Assembly (NCBI GenBank): GCA_020891255.1
Contig: BQFW01000002.1
Location: 2,666,001 to 2,730,000, forward strand
DNA length: 64,000 nt
Source: Entomortierella parvispora E1425
Taxonomy: Eukaryota; Fungi; Mortierellomycota
Direction: 5' to 3'
How positions within the stretch are numbered: position 1 is the first letter of the stretch; every line of letters begins with the position of its first letter. Positions 35,359 to 51,399 of this stretch are shown here, piece after piece. The notes under the pieces were generated by a model. It did no database searches. It saw only the letters and a program-made list of their open reading frames with translations, and was not told the origin of the DNA. The position numbers and the translations under genes are program-made.

Positions 35359-38009
35359 ATGGAGACATCTCCGCCAGGTCCGTCCAGCTCCGGCAATGGC
35401 CCCTCGTCGGACTTGCATGTAGATGACAATCAGAGGCCAAAGAAGAAAATGAAGACTGCGGAAAACTCGGACGGGGTCTCACAACAGCACGACTTTATCC
35501 CATTTGAGATTACATGGAAAACAATACCATTGCCTCCTCGCTCGTCAGGGCAGCTACCATTATCAAACGCAAAGTCTTTGCTGGATCAAAGGCACGAGCG
35601 ACTACAGCTGATCGGCGAGGTGGCGCAGAAGCGGCAGTCAGCAGGCAAAGGACCTCTAGTTGCACCAGCAGGGGCAACGCAGGTGGAGCCTTCCAAGGAT
35701 CGTAATCAGAAGCAGCAAACAGCAGGTCAAGGGTCTTCAGCCACATCGGCAGCGGCGACACAAGGCGGTCTTTCCAAGAATAAGAGAAAGAAATTACGTT
35801 TGCAAGCTTTAAAAGAGGAGCAAGAAAGGAGCGGACTGAAGCAGACGAATGAAAAGACGCCCGCGATCAAGGAACAGCCAAAAAACGACAAGCAGCCAAC
35901 GAAGAAAAGAAAGCGGGTCCAAATACCTCCACACCGCAAACCTGCCTTTCCCCGACAAATTGCCACGGCCCACGCCAATGGAGCTATACTCGGTACAGAG
36001 ACCCCCTGGATGGAGAATTCAAATTACTCGGATCTGCCCTCTAGTCAAGCAATGTTTACCCGAGAACTCTGCGATTTCATCCATTACATGGAGCCCACAG
36101 AGGAAGAGCATCAAGTCCGAAGCTATGTGTTTCTTCTTGTCGAAAAGGAAATTCAGAAGCTATGGCCCTCGGCGCGGCTGGTCATGTATGGTAGCTTTCG
36201 GACTCGCGTCTATCTCCCAACCAGGTACATTTTTTTTTGTTTTGTTCTGGAAAGAGGAGTTGACAATCGATCGTCAATATCGAAATTAGTCTGACCTTTA
36301 TCGCCCCTGTTTCTTCTGTACTCCATAGTGACATGGACATGGTCGTTCATAGAGACAAGCCGGTTACCTTGGCCGACATGAGGAAGCTGAAGAACCATTT
36401 TGCGAGCAACAAAATCGGTACGCATCTGGAGCTTGTTTCATCGGCAAAGGTTCCACTTGTCAAGTTCAATGAGATGCGGACCGGAATTGCTGTGGACATT
36501 TCTTTCGATCATCTGGATGGGATTCAGAGTGGGTCCGTAATGACCAAGTTTCTTGAGGAGACACCCGGCCTGCGCTCGCTCATTATCATCTTGAAACATT
36601 TCTTGTTGATCCATGTAAGTATCAATTTATCGCAATGCTTGCAGGAGTACTACGATACCACGACCTAACTTGAATGTACTTTAATCTGCCAGAATCAAAA
36701 TACACCTTTCCTCGGAGGCATGGGCTCGTACACCCTCATGATCATGATTGTGAGCTTTTTACAGATGCACCCTCATGTACAATCCAAGGCAATTGATCCG
36801 GAAGCGAACCTTGGAGTCCTGCTTATCGAATTCTTTGAGCTTTACGGGCTTAGTTTCAACTATAATCGCGTTGGCATCTCGATCGCCGATGGAGGCTCAT
36901 ATATTCCAAAGACGTCAACATCAAAGAAAGAAGGCCCCGCCACGTTGCAAACTTTCGACCCCAACAATGCAGCCAACGATACAGGCAGAGTTACGACACA
37001 ATTTCCAGCCATTCGAAATCTGTTTAAAAGCACCTATAGCAACATTATCACCGAACTCCAAAGGCGTGACCAGCTGCTATCCACACGATCGAAAGAGGAA
37101 GTGACCAAGTACAGGGCAGGACAACATGAATCTTTGCTCAAGACATTCCTTCCTGTCTCGAAGAACACAATAGCACAGCGGACCCGAGTCGACAGGGTGT
37201 ATTATGATGGAGTTTTCCAGAAAATGTTTACACATCCGCCACCACAAAAACGCCGACAGCCTCCTGTACCTGCACAGCAACGACAGACAGCCCTTGCCGT
37301 CCAGACCCCACTTCAGGAAGATGGAAATTGGCTGGATGGTGAGGTGGATCAGTTGAAATCACTCTGTGGATCTTGGCAAGGGGATTCGCTCGGTATGGAA
37401 GCAATGTTGGAGATGGGACGACAGTTGATCGTTGCTCAATCCAAGCGAACGATTGCGCTCATTGAAGAGAGACAGGGCACACCAATGTCAGATGAAACCC
37501 GAAGTAAGGTCTTTGACGAGACTTTGGTCATGGTGGAGAAGAGGCTGGGCTTTCTGGAAGAGGCTATGAAACTTCAGCAGGGACAGATGGAGCGAGCAAA
37601 AGCTCTAGCTGATTTACGACGATCTGAGGAATCTACGATTACACCCCCATCGCAAGAAGTCGAGTTTGTGGATGCGATGGACACTGACGAGGAAGAGTCT
37701 GACAAAGGGGAGGACGATGATTATTTCTCAGACTTGATGCAGCGTGCAGAAATGGAATATGGCGACAGCGATAATGGGGGAGAAGACGCGGGCGCCGATA
37801 CCAGCCACGCGATTACGATCGAGAGTGATTCGGAGGAGCCACCTCTTTCTGGGGCTGGCCACCGGAACCCAGAGAATGTCCACGTGTCTGAGCAATCTAT
37901 CCTTTTACCGCAGCTTTATTCTACATCCCCTTCACAGCTGCATGGTAACAGTTCCAGGGACGAACAGCTGGAAGCCATGTTAAGACGAGCAGAGGGCCTT
38001 GATGACTGA
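35359..38009 (+). CDS. TRF4: Non-canonical poly(A) polymerase, Trf4/Cid14/PAPD5 family
   Basis: YGSFRTRVYLPT|SDMDMV (GS..DxD), AKVPLVKF, VDISFD, GGMGSY, NLGVLLIEFFELYG. Confidence 0.9.
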
Positions 38010-38844
38010 ACGAAGGGAATGTCATCCAACACTGTACATTACATACTTGCTATACGCACGACTACGATCTTCAGCTGTACAACACTTTCATCTATTGTGA
38101 TGCAACCAATTGACCAATTGACTGTAATAAAACCTTTCTTCATCCTTGACATGGAAATCTTCCGAACTTGCAGATATCACAGATGGATTTCAGACTTGAC
38201 TGACCTCGACTGATTTTTATCCCAGACGGGATAAAGACGTCTAAAAGATAACCCCTAGGTTGCTCGCTTTGGAGCTTTATCACTCTTCGACCACAATGCC
38301 CAAGTTGTCAAAGAAGCAGAGACTTGGTTCTTGCCCTGAACTCATTCAAGAGATGCACGCACTGGATCCAGTGAGGAGAGCATCACGATAAGAGCGCGTA
38401 TTCATTTGCCAGTGCAAGATCAAACATCCCAAAGAGACCAAGCGCGACTTGATCCAGTGGGCTCGTATTTGCATCGATCTATGGAGCATCTCAAGGCTCC
38501 TGAAAAGACAACACAGGTGCATCTCAGGGGTTGGCTAGAAGGAAGCCGAAAAAGCGCCGCAGAGCAAGAGTCGAGGTTCCGGAATAGGCTTACAGGGTGG
38601 CGGAACGGTTTGGCCGGCACCCACCATAGCAGAAACATGTCTAGAAAACTCATCCGAGAAAGAGCCGGGTTCAAAAAGAGTCATCATATCAAGGACTCTC
38701 GGCGGCAGATATAGCAAGGAAAATGATGGTCTCGATATAACTCTTGCCAAGAACGCCATTTGAATCACCATGAAATGAAAGAAACCATATTGGGTCTATA
38801 ATTCATCATATTTAATAAGTACAATCCTCCATTTTTTTTTTTTT

Positions 38845-42904
<4,060 letters not shown>

Positions 42905-43351
42905 AGCTGTGGGTCTGGGGGCAGACTTCGTAAAGGAGAAAGAGGGAGGAGAGGAGGGGAGAGAGAAGGGAGCAGAAGACGAGGTAAGGAGGATGACGAG
43001 GGGAAGGAATGGGAGGAATGGGGGAACACAAAAGAAAGAGAGAGTCGAAAGGGCAAAAAAAAAAAGAAAGACCGATTTCACACCTTCGACCGCAATTGGC
43101 TCTCCACGTTTTGGCGGCTTTCTTTCCTTCATTCTTTCTCTTTCTTCCTTTCTTCCTTTCTTCCTTTCTTCTTCCTTCCCTCTTCACTCGCTCGTGTTTA
43201 CTGCTTCGATTCTTGACTCTGTCAAGACTCACTCCCAATCTTCCCTTCATTGCCCTCTTTCTCGCCATACCACCAAAAATCGAGAGGACTCCTGGGTGGC
43301 TCATCAAAATAGTGAACACGTTCTTCATAGAATGCTGTAACTACTATGTTC

Positions 43352-46300
43352 CTAGAACTTCTTCCACATCTCTGCAATCTGCTTGTCGTGCACCTTGCGC
43401 ACTTCACGTCTCTTGACCTTGCTGCTGGATGTCATGAATCCATTCGTCATCCAGTCCGAGTCATCAATGATTACTCCCTGGATCGTCTCGGATCGCGACA
43501 GACCTGAGGTCTTGGCTTGGATCTTGAGGATCTCCAGGATTTCCTTATCCGATGCCTGTAAAAGTATCAATTGATGTTTACGCAGGATTAGCTCAAGGTG
43601 TCCATAATACACGTGGGTTGTATCCTTGGTTACTTACGCCATGGTGGCTGGGTTCGACGACGGCCAAAAGCACTGGGCATCCGTTGTCAGCAACGATGCA
43701 GATGCTCCTGATCTCCTTGGCATCACGGTAGATTGCCTCGCACTTTTCCAGTGCCACATACTCTCCATGGGACAATTTGACCAAGTTCTTGACTCGGTCC
43801 TTGATAGACAACGTGCCATCGGGGTTCATGGTACCAATGTCACCGGTCTTGAACCATCCATCACCAGTCATGACCTTCTTGGTCTCGCCCTCCAATTTGA
43901 AGTAGCCTTTCATCACGGCTGGACCACGGAACCAGATCTCACCCGATCCATTGTCACCAGTGTACTCGGTATCTGGCACATTGACCAACTTCAATTCCAG
44001 ACTAGGGGCCTATAATTCAGCAAAGTAAATCCAGTGACGACGTCGTCAATATAAGCATCGAATACAATAGAAATAGATAAAACAACAGAAAAGAGGCTAA
44101 GAAGGTGAACTTACAGGTGGTCCAACGGTACGAAGGCGATGTCCCATTTGAGGCATTGTCACTGCAGCGACTCCGCAGACCTCTGTCAAACCATATCCAG
44201 AGATGACATAGCACATGACCATGCTCAAGAAGCGATGGGTCTCGTCACTAATGCCAGCGCCTCCAGTAAGGGTGAGTCTCAGCTTGCCTCCAACCAACTC
44301 CTTTGCTTTGCTGAAGACAACAGAGTCGATCATGTTGGTGACAAAGTTCTCTGATCCAGTCGCCTGGACAATGGCCCACTTTGTGTTCAGAGCGGCAAAG
44401 AACAGACTACGGACAATAAAGGACTGCTTGTTGACTTCGGCCAAGATACCCTTTCGGATACGCTCCCAGATGGTGGGCACTCCCGCTACAGTTGCAAAGG
44501 TTGAAGAAAGGATGATATCAGTGCTTACTCAAGACAAGCAACCCAGGGACGTCCATGATTAAGGTTTTGTCCCGTTTCCACACGACGTCATTGGCCGCTT
44601 TGGTGGCACAAGACAGCAGACAAGAGCCCTCCAGGAATACTTACCCATCAGTGTAGGCTGGAGAGCCTTGAGATCGCCGAGACCCTTCGACCGGCCGCTT
44701 CCGGCAGTGGGGGCAACCGCGTCATCCATCAGAGTGCGAGCACGACCAAATCCAATACGGCAGCCCTATCATATTTGAGATCCAGACAAGATTAATTAAA
44801 ATATCCCCGCAGAATCAGAAATCTTCATCAAGATCGAACCCAGCGCGATTCGGCATGTGAAGATGCCAGCAGTCTCGCACGGATCAAGGTATTAGGGTCG
44901 GTCTTTCTTACCATTGAAACAATAAAGTGCGAGATGACAAACTCGAGAACATGAGCCAAGGGCAGATAAGAGATGATCACATCGGTCTCTTTGTCGAGAA
45001 GACCTCCCTCCATCGCAGCGGCACTTCCAATGGCCGCCATCAAGTTTCCATGTGTCAGTTGAGCGCCTTTAGGTTGACCTGTAGATCCAGAAGTGTACAT
45101 GATGCACGCCAGATCATCTGCCTCGGGGAACACTGTATGGATCTTGCTATCGTCAGCTTCATCGTCCGATGCTTTTTGCTTGCCCTTGCCAGAGGAGCTC
45201 TCGCCATTGGGACCATCGGCCTTGGTAGCCTTGAGTTCGTCGATATGGACCAGCTCGAAAGCACGCTCCTGAATGCCTTCAAGCTTGTTAATAGACTCTT
45301 CCACTTCCCAATTCTGACCAGTGTAGATGACGGCCTTCACTCCGGAATTTCCCTTTTGCATCAGCTTTGCAACCACAGGAAGGGTGTTGGAGTCTGCAAA
45401 AATGGCCTTTGGCTGCGACTGATCGATGATAAACTGGATCGACTTGTCGTCCATGGAATCATAGGCTGTCACGATTGTGATCGACTGCGAGAAGCATCCT
45501 AATAATAACAAATCCGACAGGTGCAATTAAAATGTGGAGATGAGTGAGTGTTTTTGATCAGAGGACAAAACAAGTACACCTGAATATCCAGAGTGTGTAG
45601 GTGCATTATCGCTCCTGGGTATTGTCCGACATTGTCCACGGTCCTCCGTCCCAACTCAACTCAACTCAGCTGAGTTGATTGGATTCACAAGCAGGCACTC
45701 CCGCTTTCATGTGCAATTTGATAAAATTCTCCTGGCGCCTCTACCGGTCCCGGCCCCCAGCGACCCAATCCTTATCTCTTGATGTCCTGCAAAATTGCAA
45801 AGTTGCAAACTTACCGTGAGCTGCAAGGAACCATTCCGGGCTAGATAATCAGAGTGAATTGGGTCAATTCATGACTTCAAAAATAGGTTCCCACGGTTCA
45901 TCTTTGATCCACTGACTCTTTGCAAGTAGCCACCGTTCCTTACCAAGTGCTGGCAAAGATCATCACAAAGTCGCCCTTCTCTACACCCAGGCGAGTGATT
46001 CCAAGTCCAATGTGATCAGCAAAGTTCTTGGCCTGGCGGTAGGTCATCCAGCTATAGTCAGAGAGCTCATAGGTGATCCACTTCTTTGGCTTTTCGCCTG
46101 GTGTAGCGGACTGCTTCTCGACTTTGTGGACCTGAGGTATTTCAAGAGCAACCAAAGTTGAAGTGATAGCAAGGAAGAGCATGTTAGAACAAAGGCTACA
46201 AAGCAGTCAATTGATCCAGCACAGGCATGATCAAAGAACTTGCCTTGATAACATCTCTCCAGCCCATGGCGTCCTTGTCCTCAAACTCATCGGCCATGTA

Positions 46301-46456
46301 GTCAAAGAGGTGGGCCATAGTCCTGCCCTTGACATTGTAGTAAGGGGGCGATGGTCTATCCATGAGTCCACCGGTGGCCATAACGTTGCGATAGATGTGG
46401 TCGACCTCGTCGTACTCGACCGCGTACTTGCCGTTAACTTTAGTTTCCATAGCCAT
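43352..46456 (-). CDS. Long-chain fatty acyl-CoA synthetase (FAA1/lcf1-like), multi-exon, including a 26-nt micro-exon at 45815-45840
   Basis: [56 protein letters not shown]. The micro-exon gives T|CPEWFLAAH|GCF. Confidence 0.95.
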
Positions 46457-47025
46457 GTTTGTTGCAGATATAGTTTATAAGCTTAGATGGTTACAAAGAG
46501 GTGAAAGGGGTGGGCTCTGGGGGCTGATTAGCTTGCAGAGAAGATGAATGGAAGAAAGAAAGAAAGAAAGAAGAGTGGAGTGTCGCTGAATGGGAGGAAT
46601 GAGGAGGGTGGAAGAAGAGGAAGAGGAGGGTGGAAGAAGAGGAATAGGAAGGGGGATGAAAAGTAGAGCAGCGAAAAGGAGGCCACGTCCTCTGCCTCTT
46701 TTTGTCCTTCATGACCGCACAGGACCCACGAGCCAAAAAGATCACCGCGCTGGAACGGTCTTGTCTCCCTTTGGCTTTTGACTTTGATTTTGCTCCGCAA
46801 ATCATCACGTCGTCATCGGACCCAGCGTGTGTGTTATGAAGGTACTTCATGCAAACATACATACATTACGTCCATGCCGTGCGCTTGCTGCAGAAACAAG
46901 ACCGACGTGCTCTAGTGCTTGCAAACTCCTAAAAGGGGGACGAAGGCCGAAAGGAAGTTGGAGGACGAACAGTCTACTAGTTTATTATCGGCTTGTGAAC
47001 TATAGCAATGAAAGAGCGCTCAACT

Positions 47026-48972
47026 CTAGTACGCACGCTGGTAGCCAGGGTCACGCATCTGTTGCTGGGGGTGAGGCCGATAGCCTCCAGGGCCTGGACT
47101 CGCCACCCTGCCTGGGTATCCTTGTGGTGGGTAGTTGTTGTTAGGGGGAGGGCCACCACGGTATCCTCCTGGGCCTGGGCCACCGTAGCCAGGGCCAGGG
47201 CCAGGGCCAGGACCGGGACGGCCATGAGGAGGACCGCCACCATAACCGCCAGGTCCAGGATGACCACGCATGGGCTGCTGTGGCCGCCCATTGTATCCTT
47301 TGTTGTATGGTCCAGGGCCGCCAGGATAACCACCACCAGGTGGACCATGGGGTCTATATCCGCCATTACCTTGAGGATAACCGCCATGGGGGCCACCAGA
47401 GGGTCCATACCCGTGGTGGGGTTGTGGTGGATAAGGGGAGTATGGTCTACTTCCACCTGGATGCTGGTGTTGTGGGTGATGCATACCACTGGGTCCTGGA
47501 CCGTAGGGTGAAGCTGGCTGGCCAGAGATCATTGAGCGACCATCGCCATAGTCCTCGCTATATGCACTTTCGGCGTAGGGATCATCGTGCGACAAGGGGG
47601 ACAACGGACCAGAGCCCGGACCCTTGGGTCCACCTGTTTGAATATTTCCAGAGCTGGACTTGTTTTGCAAGCGGGGATCTGATCCCTGCCGAGCATGCCC
47701 GCTTAGTTCCTTTCGATGCTGGGGCCCGATAGCCTGAGGACTTGTGGTGGGTGGCAACGAGGGCATCATGGACATGGTCGATTCCGAGATGGCAATCGAG
47801 GCATTGTCTGGTGCAAACGATGGAGTAACGGGTGACCGCAACGGCTCTGCTTTTGGATCTGCGTTACTGTTCTTCATGAGGGGTGATTGTTGGTGGCGTT
47901 GTTCTTTCGAGTGGTCGATCAACATGTCAACCGAGCTGATGCTCTCCTTGTGGCCCATCATCTTTTGGTTATGTGCCTTCTGAGCCTGCTCCAGCGTCAT
48001 GTATGCGCTTCCACCGTCTGAAGAGAACGAAGATCGAGGGCTGGCATTGGCGGGAGGCGGATGAGGGGGTCCCTGTTGTGTTTTTTTGTCCTTGATGTAG
48101 TTCTCTGGAGAATCCATACCGCGCAAGTCCCGGCGGGGGTCGATGTCTTCCTTGCCAAGGTAGTACTCTGGGACTGGTGTGACAGTGCCGGTCGAAACCT
48201 CCCGACTTGCAATTTGCGCCTTTTGCGCTCCAGTTGCGTTGTGAGGCGGAGGTCCACCAAAGTATTCCTGATCAAGACCAACATCATAGTATTCATCATG
48301 AGCCGGTGGTGGGGGTTGGTGACGAGCCTGCTCGAATCCATGGCTGTTGTTTCGTTGATGCTGGGCGCCACCAGGATAGTAATCGTTTCCTGGTCCACGG
48401 CGCTGTCCCCGATCGTCATCGCCATATCGATTCCGGTCGCTGTGGGTTGAAGGACGGCCATAGGGGCCAGCACCTGGTGGGGGACCATAGCGATCATCGC
48501 GATGGGTAGGCGAGATTGGTGGTGGGAAAGGTGAAGGAGCCACGCCAGCTTCTGCAGTGAGGGCAAGAGGGGCAGAGATGCCGTTGTTGCTCGAGCGACG
48601 GCCCTTTTTGTTGGAGTAGTTGGACGCGTTCAAATACATTGGCTCATTTTTATCGTCTGGGTTACTTCCGTCTTTGGCCCCGATGGCTCTCTTTCGCCGT
48701 TTGTAAAAAACGAGACCGACCAACGCTGCAACGACCACAACACCACCCACTATTCCTCCAATGGCTCCGCCCGAGAGACCAGACGCTGGTGCTGGACTCG
48801 GGGTTGCAGTGGGAGAGATAGAAAGGGTTGTTGTAACGGCAGGGGCTCCTGTTTCTGTTCCTGTTCCTTTCGCAACGGTTGTTTTAGCGGGGTTTGCGGC
48901 ACTCTTCGTTGGCTTTGCAGCCTCCGTTGTTTTGGGCTTTGGTTTGGCGGTGGTAGTTTCTTCTTTAGGCAT
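47026..48972 (-). CDS. Single-pass membrane protein: Thr-rich ectodomain, TM segment, long Pro/Gly/Tyr-rich cytoplasmic tail (5' exons unresolved)
   Basis: 648-aa ORF. TM GLSGGAIGGIVGGVVVVAALVGLVFY followed by KRRKR. No signal peptide in this exon. Confidence 0.8.
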   Translation of the reverse strand: MPKEETTTAKPKPKTTEAAKPTKSAANPAKTTVAKGTGTETGAPAVTTTLSISPTATPSPAPASGLSGGAIGGIVGGVVVVAALVGLVFYKRRKRAIGAKDGSNPDDKNEPMYLNASNYSNKKGRRSSNNGISAPLALTAEAGVAPSPFPPPISPTHRDDRYGPPPGAGPYGRPSTHSDRNRYGDDDRGQRRGPGNDYYPGGAQHQRNNSHGFEQARHQPPPPAHDEYYDVGLDQEYFGGPPPHNATGAQKAQIASREVSTGTVTPVPEYYLGKEDIDPRRDLRGMDSPENYIKDKKTQQGPPHPPPANASPRSSFSSDGGSAYMTLEQAQKAHNQKMMGHKESISSVDMLIDHSKEQRHQQSPLMKNSNADPKAEPLRSPVTPSFAPDNASIAISESTMSMMPSLPPTTSPQAIGPQHRKELSGHARQGSDPRLQNKSSSGNIQTGGPKGPGSGPLSPLSHDDPYAESAYSEDYGDGRSMISGQPASPYGPGPSGMHHPQHQHPGGSRPYSPYPPQPHHGYGPSGGPHGGYPQGNGGYRPHGPPGGGYPGGPGPYNKGYNGRPQQPMRGHPGPGGYGGGPPHGRPGPGPGPGPGYGGPGPGGYRGGPPPNNNYPPQGYPGRVASPGPGGYRPHPQQQMRDPGYQRAY

Positions 48973-50200
48973 TCTTTACGATGAATGAAATGAGGTTGGA
49001 CGGTTGGAAATGTCGATGGTTGAAACACACCTCTCCTTCTTCAATGGGTGCAAGAAAGTAGGGGTTATCTAGTTGAAGAGCGACAAGGAGAGGGGGTCGA
49101 AAGGGTCTGGGAGGAGTGACAGATATCTTTCAATCCGGGAATGGCCCACCAAATCAGCGATGGATTTGTGGGGGGAAAGGAGGAAGTAGAGTGGGGAGGA
49201 AGGTGGGTGCAAGCACGGAACAGAAAGGGAGAAAGAGAGGAGGAAGGAAGAGGGGGCGAACAAAAAAAAAGCGGCCAAAAGTGAGCAGTTGGACAACCAG
49301 GACACAATATCAATTAACCAGCGCGCTCTTTCACCTCGGCGGACACTCGAGGCTCGAGATTCGGGAGGAGGTATGGTTGGGGGAGGCGAGGGAGGCGAGG
49401 GAGAGAGGAGGTGAGGCGAGGCAGTGTCAAGTCCAGTGCAGCAAAACGCAAGTGAAAAGATTGAGAGCAATGGGAGGTTCAGCCGATGATAGGGTTCATC
49501 AAAGAGAAAACGACTTCACTCGTCCTTTGCCATCGAAACCTTGCTCGAGGAGAAAGGTGAAGGTCGATGAGAGCCCACATACTGTGTGCACAAAACTGTG
49601 GTCGACCAGCGACTTGCCTCAGTGGCCCAGTCCATCGCAAACCGTTGATGGTGTTTGTTGCTTTTTGTTTTTTGTTGTGCGACGCGACGCTTCTTCTCTC
49701 ATTGTTCCCATATCCAGGCGCAATCTCCTGCGCCCGTACCACAATCTGGCGAATGCCATGCCATGTTCAGATACACCTGCTTCGGTGCAATTGTGGCGAC
49801 CCGCTTGAACAAAGTCGGGACCTTGCATGCAGAGCATCTGCACTCCCTCTTCAGAGATACAGCCGATTCAAATTCCCGGCCTCTGCGAAGTGACCAGACG
49901 TGAAAAGGTTGGTTGAGCACATGTTCATGTGAGACATGAAGCTGTGTGCCCTGCACGACCCTGAAAAGACAGGAGTGGTTGTCCTGCATGCATATCATTT
50001 TCATTTTCCAACGGCGTGACAATACCCATTTGAAGTTGTCAATAAAGAGCAAAACAGACTGACCAAGCGTGAAAGCATCGGGCCAATTGCTCCTTGGTTG
50101 GGACACTGCTCTGCCCCATGTGTGAATGGAAACTCGGGAACCGCGCTAGCCTTCAGCCTTCATTTCAGCTCAAAAATTTTAATTTCTTTTTTTTCTTCCT

Positions 50201-51220
50201 TCACACCCCTGTCGGGATGACGTTGAAGAAATGGTATACTTCGTCCTGATCTACTAATGCAACTTTGGTGCTGCAGATCCCACAGACTACTGGATTATAC
50301 GCCATGTCTTCGTCGTCGTCTGCACTCGGTTTGAAATTCTGGGGCGCAGCGTTTGCTCCAGATATTGATGGGTCCAGAGAGATACTACTGGAATCTACAG
50401 TCGCACTTTTGGTTTTCTTGCCGCCTCGCCGTTTTGCTGCTGCTTCCTTTGGGAAGCGAAGCACCTCATTGTCTATGGTACGACAGTTTTCGACGAACAT
50501 TGCGCGAAACTGATGCTGATAATCTTCATGTCTAACGGTTGAGGTGTCGACAGAGTGGTCAGATCAAAGCTACAAAGTTTCATATTGTGCCAAACAATCC
50601 TGTTAAAGACTTACTGCTGGCAATCGAAGCAAAGCTGGGTTAAACACATTGGGCAAGAGAGGATAGCATCTGTCCAAATATCCTCTGGCTTGCATCCAGG
50701 CGGCCTGTTGGCTATCAACAATAAGAGGTCAGAACGTCTCAGGAATAATCAACAGGGAAAAAAAGAGACCATGACAGACTATAAACACACCTGCAATCTT
50801 TTTGATCAGCCACTGTTCATCTCGGTCATCCTCGTCGGGGTCGTACAAGAGCTCTTCATTGGATATTGTAGGCTGCTTCTTTGACTTTTTTGATCCATCC
50901 GATGCCTGGAGGGAGGTTTGTTGAAGCCCAGCGGTGATCTCTGACATATCGCCTACTTTGCCTTTGCCTTTGTCAGTGCTCGCTGAAAGACCGGCTCGCT
51001 TATCATAGTCTTCTTCGTCCGCATCCGGCTTCTCGTCGTCGCTGTCCTCCTCGTACGAGTCAGAGTCAAAGTAGACAGGGTCATAATAGTCGGGTTTCTC
51101 CTCTGGTTGGCCTCCGTCCAGTCCTTCAGATAGATCATGAAGGTCTACATCGAGGTCTGCATCCGCCACCATGAATTGAACCTTCTTGTCGTTTCCTTGA
51201 TTCTCCCGAGTAGCACTCAT
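50201..51220 (-). CDS. EAPP: E2F-associated phosphoprotein (Eapp_C domain) homolog
   Basis: SNEELLYDPDEDDRDEQW, MFVENC, YNPVVCGICSTKVALVDQDEVYHFFNVI. Confidence 0.85.
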
Positions 51221-51399
51221 AATCTCTTGCGTAATGTGAGAGGAAGTCATGCATTCTCATGCATGCGTCTTTCAGTTTTTGCCACCAAAAAGACGAGATC
51301 ACGTGATTCAGTGGCTTTGAATGTTGGCCAATAAATATTGCGGCATGCCGTTTCTTCAGCCTTTACCTTTCAGAACGACCGTCAGCTTCAGGATCGACC

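Noticed and set aside
38216-38235. TTTATCCC-AGAC-GGGATAAA hairpin as a Helitron 3' end
   Set aside because: The nearby CTAA/CTAG is not followed by the expected T, and no 5' TC end or other copies were seen.
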